DNA from: Hypanus sabinus
Lineage: Eukaryota
NCBI RefSeq assembly: GCF_030144855.1
Contig: NC_082714.1
Location: 93,496,001-93,560,000 of the forward strand
Direction: 5' to 3'
Length of the DNA: 64,000 nt
Part shown: one piece after another, positions 54,082 through 64,000 of the stretch
Layout of the letters: each line of letters opens with the position of its first letter
How positions within the stretch are numbered: position 1 is the stretch's first letter
The notes under the pieces: generated by a model
What the model was told of the DNA's origin: nothing
Databases searched by the model: none
Seen by the model: the letters and a program-made list of their open reading frames with translations, nothing else
Program-made: the position numbers and the translations under genes

Positions 54082-56376
54082 CTGATGCCTAACGATCTGA
54101 CAGGTTTTATACAATAAGGCCAAACACAAGGCAATATACGAAGGACTCTTCACATTATGGATAACATACAAAATCATAAAATCGAAGCAGTACTGATAAG
54201 TGCAGACGCTGAAAATGCATTTGAATCTGTCGATGGGAATTTTGTTTACAGAGTTTTACATAGATTTGGTTTCCATGACACAATAATTAAAACTGTACAG
54301 GCACCATATGACCCACTTACTTTTATATAACTATAGCCCACCAAGAGAAATTGAAAGCAGATATCCCTGGGCATGGCAAACAGAGTCTTTCAAATATTTG
54401 GGCATCTTTATGACAAAAAATTTGGCAGAATTATCAAAATGCAGTTATCAGCATATATATTAAAATAAGGTAGATATAACAAGATAGAACTTAATTATCT
54501 TTTAAAATTTTGGTTCAAGGACTGAATCTATTAAAATGAATATACTGCCCAGACTATTATAACTCTTTCAAACACTATCAATAGAGATTAATCTAAAGCA
54601 ATTCAGTGAATGTAACAAGATGTTATCAAGAAATATTTGTCAAGGTAAAAGGTCCAGATTTCGTCTCAAAACATTGCAATTAGCAAAGGAAAAGGGGGAT
54701 GGGTCTACCTTCCCTCAGAGATGATTAATTTGCAGCACAATTGAGAGCTGTGATGTGTTGGGGCAACCCATCATTTGACGCTCAATGGAAAAACATTGAT
54801 GATGCGGGTACCTCCCATCCCCATACAGGCAATTTTGGCTGATGACAACCTACAAAGGTACATGAATACTACTAATAACACATGGGTGAAATGGACTCTG
54901 AAAATACGAAAAAAGTATTGTAAAAAATATAAATTAGAGAGAGTTATTGCAATTCTTAAATGGTGTGCAGAGGACTCGTGTTTTACGCCGAATAAACTGC
55001 ATGCTAGATTTCAGGACTGGACAGCTAAAGGAATAACAGTTCTTTGCAATATAATGAAAGAAGGAACACTGTTCAATTTTAAAAAGCAGATAATTCAGAT
55101 AACGATAGTAGAATCATTTCAGGCGTGTATAAGGGTTTGTCAAATTTTAAAACACATTCGACTTCATACATTTAAAAAAAACGGGAGAAGGAAGGAGGGA
55201 TAATTATACCTGAGGAAGAATGAACAATAATATGGAGGTATCAATGGAAGTGTACCATTTCACAGAAACGGAGGGAGTTCGGATGGAAAAACTTGATAAG
55301 ATATTTTATTACAAATTCTCAGAAATTCCATTATGATAGTAACCTCCTTGTTTTCTGGAGAAATTATGGAATTCTAAATGCAAACCATTTTTATATTTTC
55401 TGGAATGCCCGTTATCAAAGCCAACTGGAGTGGGATACACAATGCTCTACGACATCAATGGACATTTACAAAACGGAGAAGATAACAACAACTGTTAATC
55501 ATAATTTGGAACAATTTGATTCATACTGGGAAGAAAAAGGTTTAACTACATAAAACCTCATAGGCCTGAATTTATTCTCACAAATCAATGAATATGTTGT
55601 AAAAAATGACCACTCCCTACTTGTACATAGTTTTCTCCTTTCGCTTGTTCTTTCTTTCCTCTCTTTTCTATAAGTGTATACCTCATGTAAATGTTATGTG
55701 GAGATTTGCGGCATATATAACGATATGATATATACGTGGAATATCTGAAATACATCTTGTGCAATTTTTTTTTTGACGATGAACTTCAATAAAAATAATT
55801 TACAGAAAAGAAGTCTTAGAATCTGCTAGAATCAGAACATCAGTGCTAGCCAAAATAAATGAGCCCGTAGAAATCTTGTCAATCCCCGAGCGTCAGGTCT
55901 TGAGTCGTTCAAAGAGTTTCAGGTTGACCCAAGGTTCGGTACGTTTCGATCCAATAAGCTAGAAACCAATCGGATTATCATTTGTGGGCAGAGGAGGATG
56001 CACCTCAAGAAAGGCATGAAGGATCGGCGCTTGGGACTAGAATATATACCAAACATTGTTAATTAAAGTTATCGCACAGCATAATCTACTATTGTTTAGT
56101 GGAGTCCCGATTGTGCCGACCTTCCACTTCGAGGCACCTCCTTAAATAACTCAAGCATATTCATAAAATATGGCTCCCGTTTCATAAGTCTGACTCCGTT
56201 CATACCCATCATTTATGTATCGAATATCAAGTTTGTGCATCTTAGATAGGTGCTCAGAAAGCGTCCGTCCCTGAGCCGTACTGCCGTGTCCCTGACGCTT
56301 TGAGGATTGAGGATTGTGTCCCTGTGTATTGTGTGTGGTTTTGAGCAAGTATGTGTGCATATTTGTGTGAGAGACA

Positions 56377-56591
56377 NNNNNNNNNNNNNNNNNNNNNNNN
56401 NNNNNNNNNNNNNNNNNNNNNNNNNNNNNNNNNNNNNNNNNNNNNNNNNNNNNNNNNNNNNNNNNNNNNNNNNNNNNNNNNNNNNNNNNNNNNNNNNNNN
56501 NNNNNNNNNNNNNNNNNNNNNNNNNNNNNNNNNNNNNNNNNNNNNNNNNNNNNNNNNNNNNNNNNNNNNNNNNNNNNNNNNNNNNNNNNNN
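56377..56591. other. Assembly gap
   Basis: Run of N. Confidence 1.
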
Positions 56592-56689
56592 TTATCTGGA
56601 TAGACACGGAAATTGATGGATGGGCGAAGAAAGGGAAAAAGATAAAGACAGATAGGGACAGAAATTGCCTTAAATACACCCAGCGAATT

Positions 56690-59400
56690 GGGCTCCACAG
56701 CTGCCTGTTGTAATAAAATCCATAAATAGACCACCCTCTGTCTAAAGCAATTTCTCATCAGCTCTGTTTTATATGGACGCCCCTGAGGCTGTGCCCTATA
56801 GCCCAAGACATCCCCATCATGGGAAACATGTCTTCTACATCTTCTTTGCCTAGGCCTTTCAACATTCGAAAATTTTAAATGATATTCCCGCCTCCTCACT
56901 ACCAGTGAATATAGACCCAGAGCGTTCCCCCTATGATAAGCCTTTCATTCCGAGCGTCATCTTTGTGAACCTCACCTAAACTCACTTCAATGCCAGCACA
57001 TTTTTTCTTAGATAAGGAACTGAAAACAGTTTAGAACACTCAAGACATCAGTGCCTTGTAAAGCTTCAGCATCACACCCCTGACCTTGTATTCTGGACCT
57101 CTTGAAATTAATGCTAAATTGTATTTGCATTTCTCATCACGGTCTCCACCTGCTGCTACGGTCCCTTTCGGCAAACGCCCACGTGGTTATTTTCCTCAGG
57201 AATTGGGCATCAATCACCTAGTTTGGTTCCCAATCAGTCCCAGGTTCCACTAACTACAGACACCTGCCTTCCATCAGCAAATGCAGCATAAAAATCCTGT
57301 GACCACAACAAGGATCTGCCAGTTCGCTGGTCGATTCGTGTACGAGCAACCTCGTTCCATGGTTCTTAGGACTATCAGTTCTAAGTCTAGCATCGTTCCT
57401 GAATTCTGTACTAAAACTAAGACTCCGGGTAAAAACTCCTTTGGCACCAATTCCGCGCCCGTCTTCAGCACTTGGGTTCGTTCCACCGCCACGTCCTTGC
57501 AACACCTGCACAGTCATCTTGAGGGTGTTCTGCATAAGGGCGATGAAGTCTCTTTACATATTAGCTTTTGGGATTTTTTCCGCATTTAGAAAATAATCTG
57601 CACAATTATTTCTTCTACATGTCCATGCATTTTTCAGCATTGTATTTCATTTACTCAACACTACCTGCAACTACACCTATCTTCGTAACATCTGCAAAAT
57701 TAGTAAGGAAGTCATCTATTCCATCATCTAAATCATTATTATGGAGCATAAAACGAAGCCTTCCGAATACTGACCCCTGCAGAACACTACTAGTCACTGG
57801 CAGCCAAGGAATAAAAGTTTCCTTTTATTCCCTCTCACTGCCCTTGCCAAACATCCAATGTTGTAATCGTGCCAGTAACCTTTCAGTAATACTATGGGCT
57901 CTTAACTTGGCAAACAGCCTCATGCGTGGCACCTTGTCAAAAGCCTTCTTAAAGTCCAAATATAAAAGATCCACTGCACCCCCGTTATCGATCGTACTTG
58001 TAATCTCCTTAACGAATTTGAACAGGTTGGTCAGGCAAGATTTTCGCTGAAGGAAAGTCCTCTGGCAGCATACCAGAGTTCAATTATTTTTGCAAGATCA
58101 TTACTAATGCCTCCACATTGTCTACAACTACCTCTTTCCGAACATTATGGGGCAGTTCATTTGTCCCGGATGACTTATCTTAGCTGTTTCGGAGCTTTAC
58201 CTTCCCCTTTGTAATAGTAACTGCACTCACTTCTCTTCCCTACACCCTTCAAAAGCTGGCACAGTGCTAGCGTCTTCCACAGTGAGGACGGATGCAAAAT
58301 ACCCATTTAGTTCATCTAGTATATTATTTATCTGCACTCATTTTCCTATCGGTCTTATATCAACTCTCACTTCTTTCTTTTTTACTTATTTGGGGAAAGC
58401 TTTTACTAAACACTTATATATATTTTCCGAGCTTGTTTTTGCAGTTCATCTTTTCTCACCTAATGATAATTTGCATTGCTCTCTATAAGTTTTTAAGAGC
58501 TGCCCAATCGTCTGTCTTCTCACAAATTTTTGCTTTGTGATGTGCCCTTTCTTTTACTTTGACTTCCCTTGGTTATCCCAGGTTGTGCTATTTTTCCAAA
58601 TGACTTTATTTATTGCTGGAATACATCTATCCTCCATCTTTCCCATTTTTTTCCCCAGAATCTCACTCCATTGATGCTCTGCTGGCATTTTTGCCAGCAT
58701 CTCCTTCCAACTTACTTTGGTCAACTCCTCTATCATACCACTGAAATTTCCTCCACTCCACTGAAAGAGTGTAATTTCAGACCATACTTTCTATGTCAAT
58801 TTTTAAGCTGAACTCAGTCATATTGTGATCACTGGCTTCTAAGGGTTCTTTTACCTTAGGCGCCCTTTTCACCTCCAGTTCATTACATAACATCCAGCTG
58901 ATCCCTCAGCAGGTTCAAAAAATAACCGCTCTAAAACTCCATCTCGTATGCATTCCACATACTCACTGTCTTGTGATCCATTACCTACTTCATTTTCCCA
59001 ATCGATGTGCATGTTAAAAGCCTTCACAGCTATTTCTTTTGACACCTCTTTTCTATTTCCCGTTGTAATCTGTGGTCCTCATCCCAGCGACAATATATAG
59101 CTGCTATTAGGGGCCTTTAAAACTTGCAGTGACTTAACATATCCCACTAGGATTCAACATCTTCTGATCCTACACTATGTCACATCTTTCTACTAATTTG
59201 ATGCCATTCTTTACAAGCAGAGCCGCTCCACCTGCTCTGCCTACCTTTATATCACTCCGACACAACCTGTAAGCTTAGTCATTCATCTGCCAACCACAAC
59301 CATCCTTTAGCCACAATTTCAGTGATAGCCAGAACATTATACATGACGATCTGCCATAGTGCAACAAAATCATCTACCTTATTTCTTATCCTCCGTGCAT
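56690..59400 (-). mobile_element. Degenerate CR1 LINE, interrupted by a solo LTR
   Basis: Reverse-complement ORF2 sequence (e.g. ccttgtcaaaagccttcttaaagtccaa = LDFKKAFDK); continuous across 57154-57504. Confidence 0.8.
57154..57504. mobile_element. Solo LTR, 351 bp, 5-bp TSD
   Basis: TGCTAC...GCAACA flanked by CCTGC at 57149-57153 and 57505-57509. Confidence 0.75.
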
Positions 59401-60383
59401 TGTGCCCGGCGACTTCATGTGTTAGATCTGGATATTTCAATTCCATTCAGTGTATGCCTACAACTCACTCGAGGCTGCTGGCTGATTAGGTGAATATTAT
59501 TTTTCTCAAAATAAACTTTACCGTAAATTAAAAAAAAGAAGAATAAACCGTCCAATATCTTCTCATTCTCATATTCTTAATCAATGTTTTCAGTGCGAGT
59601 CTATTACAATCCATTAAAACCAATTGGACTGTGTGCACTTATGTGGCCCCCCAGTGGGTGGTATAGTTCTAAACAAATGAGCGGCTTACTCATCCGATCT
59701 GGGCCCTCTCTCCAGCAGCGGTAGAACCCCACAATGTGGTCCTTCCCTTCTGAGCCCTTGTAGTAACGGCTCCATTTACAGTGTGTCACCTAGCATCTAC
59801 CCCTGCAACCTGATATGCAGTAGTCCATTATTCCGGATTTACTGGGACTGAGTTACTTTCACTGGGGCATTAGAACACCAGCATCTTTCTGCGTCTGTAG
59901 TGACAGACTAGATGAAACAAGGATGGTAGATTTAGTCCCGATTCATCAGTAAACTACGTGAGATCTACGCAAGGCAACCATGGATTCCATTTTAAAATGT
60001 TTGTAGATTTATTTATTGTTCAATAAATTTGAAAACCACACTTGGCTGGAGGGCGTTCAACATCGTGCCTTCGCGGCAGCGGCCGGGCCTAGTAGCTCTC
60101 CGGAACAGATCTAATCACGTGGCACTATCTTGGTTTCATCTGATCATCTGGGCCACTCCTTCTATAGCCTGCTCCAATTATTGCCATCCTGCTCTCATCA
60201 GGATGACTGCGTGTTCCTACCTCGGAAATAATCACATCTATCGCCACGCCCCCTCTGACAAACGTCAAGCAGCCCCTGCCCTCATATCTCCTGACAGCTG
60301 TCACTACAAGAATTGTATCTCTTGTTTCACTTGGGGTAAAGTTTGAAAGTAGTATTGGAGTATAAAAGTTGCATTGTTTGCAG

Positions 60384-60979
60384 TGTAACCAAAACTAGGT
60401 AGTCAGCTTTGTGTTTGCTATTTGCTATGCATGTATCCAATTTAGTAGGAGAATGAAATCTCTGTATTGTCTCTGTACTATTGAACTCATCAATGACTTA
60501 AGAATGTAGCCAAATAAGAAGATAATAGCGTGTCAATGAGAGGCTAGCTGAGAGATGTATGTTATGTAGTTAGCTTTGTGTTTGCTATTTGCTATGTATG
60601 TATCCAATTTAGGAGGAGAGTGGAATCTCTGTATTATCTCTGTACTATTGAACACATCAGTGACTTAAGAATGTAGCCAAATAAGAAGATAATGGTGTGT
60701 TAATGAGGTAGCTAAGAGATGTAGATTAGAACATGATTGAGTTAATGGGTAGAAACAATAGTGGCTGATGTACTAGTGATACGCAACTGTAGACCGATTG
60801 GATATGCTAATGCAACTAAACCAGGAGATTGCTATAAAAATGCTATGTACAAGGATCGGTGGGCAATCAGCGACTAGCTCAATGACTGCCTCAGCTTTGA
60901 TTTGCAAATTAAAGCTTAACACTTCTTGAAGAATCTTCTGCGTCTCCTGGTCGTTTGTGGGGCACGAGAAACCACGACA
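60384..60979 (+). mobile_element. 5' LTR of an endogenous retrovirus
   Basis: TGT...ACA ends (the start could instead be near 60345); ATTGG at about 60797; TATAAA 60833-60838; ATTAAA 60908-60913; PBS 4 nt after the 3' end. Confidence 0.8.
60400..60723 (+). repeat. Tandem duplication (167-bp period) in LTR U3
   Basis: tagtcagctttgtgtttgctatttgc at 60400 recurs as tagttagctttgtgtttgctatttgc at 60567 and stays aligned to about 60723. Confidence 0.95.
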
Positions 60980-60983
60980 AAAT

Positions 60984-61001
60984 TGGCGACCGTGGCAGGA
61001 C
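60984..61001 (+). other. Primer-binding site, tRNA-Arg(TCG)-like
   Basis: TGGCGACCGTGGCAGGAC; 17/18 complementary to the 3' end of vertebrate tRNA-Arg-TCG (...GTCCTGCCGCGGTCGCCA) as I recall it. Confidence 0.75.
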
Positions 61002-61335
61002 CGGAAAGAGACCCGCGGAAAGGAAACGGCAGATTGGGGACGCTTCCCAGTCCTTTAGGGACCCCCACAAGGCTAACAGAATTAAGGGTGCACCCAAACA
61101 AAAGGTAAGCGCTTTTTGCGACAATTTGGACTAAGAATTATGTTGGTTCTGGGGAGGTCTTGGAGTCTCAGAAGTGTGGAACCACAGCCGAAGGGTCTCT
61201 CCGGTCCAAAGAATTGGCAGAATTGGGGCTTAACAGGAGGCTCAGAGGATTGATCAAGAACACTGCAGTGAGGGTAAGTACAAATAAGCTAATAAGAAGT
61301 TAAGTGACGAAGAATTCCACGTGTTGTCGGTAAGT

Positions 61336-61501
61336 CCCTGTGGATACCGCTTCGTATGAACCGAAGGTCTGAACGGGCAGGGAAAGGAAAAATAGAGAAA
61401 ATCCTCGTGGATACCGCCTTAAGAGATAAGGGTCTGAATAGACGAGGTGCATAGAGAAAATCCCCGTGGATCCCGCTCTGAGTAGAGGTCTGTACGGGCG
61501 G
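61336..61501 (+). ncRNA. Three tandem copies of a structured RNA motif in the ERV leader (candidate packaging signal)
   Basis: Units 61336-61382, 61403-61447 and 61462-61501 share TGGAT(A/C)CCGC and GTCTG(A/T)A cores, with sequence-variable but pairing-preserving inner and outer stems. Confidence 0.65.
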
Positions 61502-61645
61502 AACAGAATAGGACACAAGGACAGTCCAATATATAGTTTAAAGCGCTGGTATATAGACGATCGATCAGGAATAGAATTAGAGAAAATAATATTATCCAGT
61601 AAACGAACTGTGAATCTCTGAAAAACCTTAAAAAGAGAGAACAAC

Positions 61646-63983
61646 ATGACCGGTAAAGGAACGGCAGTAGAGATTCTACGCAAAAAAATCCCGGTAAATA
61701 AATATGAGATCACAAAACTTCAGAAAAATGGGAAACAAGAACCAAAAACCTGATCACAAAATGGCCAAGAGAAGGAACGTTTGATGTAAACTTGTGCGAA
61801 GAAATGGAGGCACTAATTAAATATTACAAGCGAAAAGATAAATCTAAGAAAAGAGGGCAAAAAAGAGAACGAGAAATGGAAGTGCTAAAACTTTTCAGAA
61901 CGGAGGGAGAAAGGCTGAGGAGGACAGGTAGAATATTGATTACAAGCGAGGAAGACACTAAGGTGCTGGAGAAACAGCCTGTTAGAGAGAGAGGAAGGTA
62001 CAGTGAGAAGCTGGCTTCAGCTCTGTACCCGGATGTGAATGAAATAGAAAAGCCCCCTACCTTTAATGAGGAAGGAACACCTAAGCAGTGCCCCCTGCTG
62101 ACGGGAACAGTAAACATGCAGGGAAAAGTACAAGGTTCGGATAATGAGGAGGAAAAAAGACAATAGGAGAAGGAAAAAGCGGCGATATGGAAGGAGATAC
62201 AGGCAGAATGTATAAAGGTGGAACAGGCAAAGAGAGAAATGAAAGAAGAGATTGAACGGATGAAATACTTGAGGGAGGAAAAGGAGTATGAGGAGTATCG
62301 GTTATATCATAGAAATGAACAGACTAGAAAAGAAAGTAGCTCATCAGGGCAGGAAGAGATGAGGCATTCAATAGGAAGTCGAATAAAGAAAGGAGATGAG
62401 AGTCTTGGAGAAACACAAGAGAGAAGGGAATCAAGCACGAGTAAGGATCATGAGGAGTCCCTGCCACAGGAGTACAGACACGGACAGGAAGAAAGAGAAG
62501 GTGACTCATTGGAGGAGCTAGAGTTAAATGGAGAGAGAGAGGATGCGAGAATTTGTGGGGAAGAGATGGGAGCCAGAAGCCTAGAAGAGCAGCAGGAGGC
62601 GGTGGGGAAGAGACTTGCGGAAGTAGAGAGAGAGAGAGCTAGATAAGTTACTGAGAGGGGATTGCCAGAGGAGATGCGAAAAATACTCCAGGGGCCAACC
62701 AAGTATTGAATCAGGAGAGAAAGGAAGGACTCCAAAGGGAGACCGAGGGAAGAAGAGGAACCCGGAGAAATTTGTGTGGGAGGCAGTAAAGACATACCCT
62801 GAGACAGGTGGGGAGTCAGGCGAGGAGGAGAGCCAGGGCAGGTGGGAAGAAGGAGGAAGAATGATGTTAGTTAAAGGATCAGGACAAGTGCAGTATATCC
62901 CTTGGGGATCCCAGGACCTAGAAGGGCTGAGAAACACTCTGCCCAATCTACATGAAGGAGCAGGGAAATGGATTAGAGCCTTTGAAGAAGAAACGGTGGA
63001 ACGATTATTGGCAATGGGAGATTTGAAGCCACTATTGATAAGGTTGATGGGAGCCTCCAAATTTAGCAAACTAATGTAAATGGCGGGCATAGTAAACTCG
63101 TACGACCCGAGAACTCATGGAAACGGGTTTGGCAGAGTGAGGCAGAGGGTATGGCAGGTCCTCAGGAAAATTTATCCACCCAAAGTGGACCCCAAAGCCT
63201 TAAAGGGGGATCCACTGGGAGACACTGAAAACCCAGCAGCCTACGTAGAAAACCGGTTGAAAAGCTGGAGACTGGAGACTGAGCAAGAGGTGGAAAATAG
63301 CTTATTTATCACCACACTGTTCCGACATAGCATTTTGGATGCAATGCCTTCGCAAGTAAAATCCAAACTGGAGGAAGTGGTTGGGCTGACGTCAGTGACC
63401 CCACAAGAATTTAGAGACCACGTAGTCCATGCGGTTGAGAAATACCGGAAAGACAAACGAAGGTTGGCTGAGCAGCAGGAAGAGGTGCAAATAAAGTTAA
63501 TACAAATGCAGCTCGAAGAACTCAAAAAGAAGGAAAAAGAGAAAAGCAAAAAGATGCTGCCAGCAACCACCGGTCCGAGTACAGCCAATGAACTGGATGA
63601 AGCACCACTATATGGAGGAACCGATCATAGTGTAAGACAAGGGCCGGAAAACCCCATGCCAATAATTAACGTCTTTGGACGAGCATTCCCACAAATGCCT
63701 TATCAGGAACAGACTAAATTCAAACAGCCCAGACAGTACTGGAAGTCCCAAGGAGGGGGACAGCGCACCTATGGGCAGAGGGGACCAGTGAGGAAACGGG
63801 GGAAAGAGAGTTAGAGAGACTTGCTGGGGATGTAATCAGCCAGGTCACATGAGAAGAGATTGTCCGTTTACACCATGGCCTGTCACACACCAGCAGGAAC
63901 CGATAAGAAGGGAACTAAAGCTTAGCCAAGGACCAGTCTCCACAGGCCCAAGCGGACCTGTGAACCTCTATGCGAGGTATTAG
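61646..63983 (+). pseudogene. gag: Class I (gamma/epsilon-like) ERV gag, with stops and frameshifts
   Basis: MA motif KWPREGTF (cf. MLV WPRDGTF); CA start YIPWGSQDL; MHR-like GDTENPAAYVENRL; single CCHC knuckle CWGCNQPGHMRRDC from 63822; ends TAG-GGG at 63981. Confidence 0.88.
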
Positions 63984-64000
63984 GGGTGCCCCGAGAACTC

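Larger units (their letters stand above)
46181..55810 (+). mobile_element. Near full-length L1-clade LINE (copy 2) carrying nested insertions
   Basis: Colinear with 707-6230 from the 5' motif to AATAAA at 55788; interrupted by a CR1 (about 46934-47540) and by 50001-54081. Confidence 0.9.

Noticed and set aside
11679-56899. ORF-track entries containing X runs (near 11.7, 15.1, 39.1 and 56.3 kb)
   Set aside because: Artefacts of reading through assembly gaps.
20118-58283. Scattered perfect CACAGTG/CACTGTG heptamers (e.g. near 20118, 25875, 35022, 40469, 48177, 58260, 58278)
   Set aside because: I saw no properly spaced nonamer or adjacent V/J coding sequence; most lie inside TEs.
62581-63588. 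Antisense ORFs over gag (62581-63090, 63241-63588)
   Set aside because: Ser/Leu/Phe-rich shadows of a purine-rich sense strand; no evidence for an antisense gene.
1-64000. CRISPR arrays, prokaryotic operons, rRNA or tRNA genes
   Set aside because: None seen; the sequence is vertebrate genomic DNA, and the only tRNA-related sequence is the ERV PBS.

Overview
Eukaryotic, repeat-dense window, most likely from a cartilaginous fish (probably a batoid, inferred from the Ig light-chain type and the CR1/L1/Rex1/Penelope-like repeat spectrum), with four N-gaps. The only clearly recognisable host gene is an immunoglobulin light-chain cluster on + (leader 17525-17573, fused V-J exon 17680-18033, C exon 19569-19890). 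It resembles the type I/NS5 (sigma-cart) isotype, is joined with no RSS, and is a pseudogene: FR1 stop, dead J splice donor, C frameshift. About 7 kb upstream on - lies a probable second, heavily decayed, unrearranged V segment (octamer, leader, FR1, a CR1 insertion, a 12-RSS-like end). The rest is nested retroelements: two near full-length L1-clade LINEs, many CR1s, a Rex1/Babar LINE inside a solo LTR inside an L1, and a second solo LTR. From about 60.4 kb to the end is the 5' half of a class I (gamma/epsilon-like) endogenous retrovirus: LTR, tRNA-Arg PBS, leader and broken gag ending in UAG-G. The ERV leader has three tandem copies of an RNA motif with covarying stems directly after a splice donor; this is the most novel-looking element. 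All family calls come from reading motifs and from memory, with no database searches; most TE boundaries are approximate.
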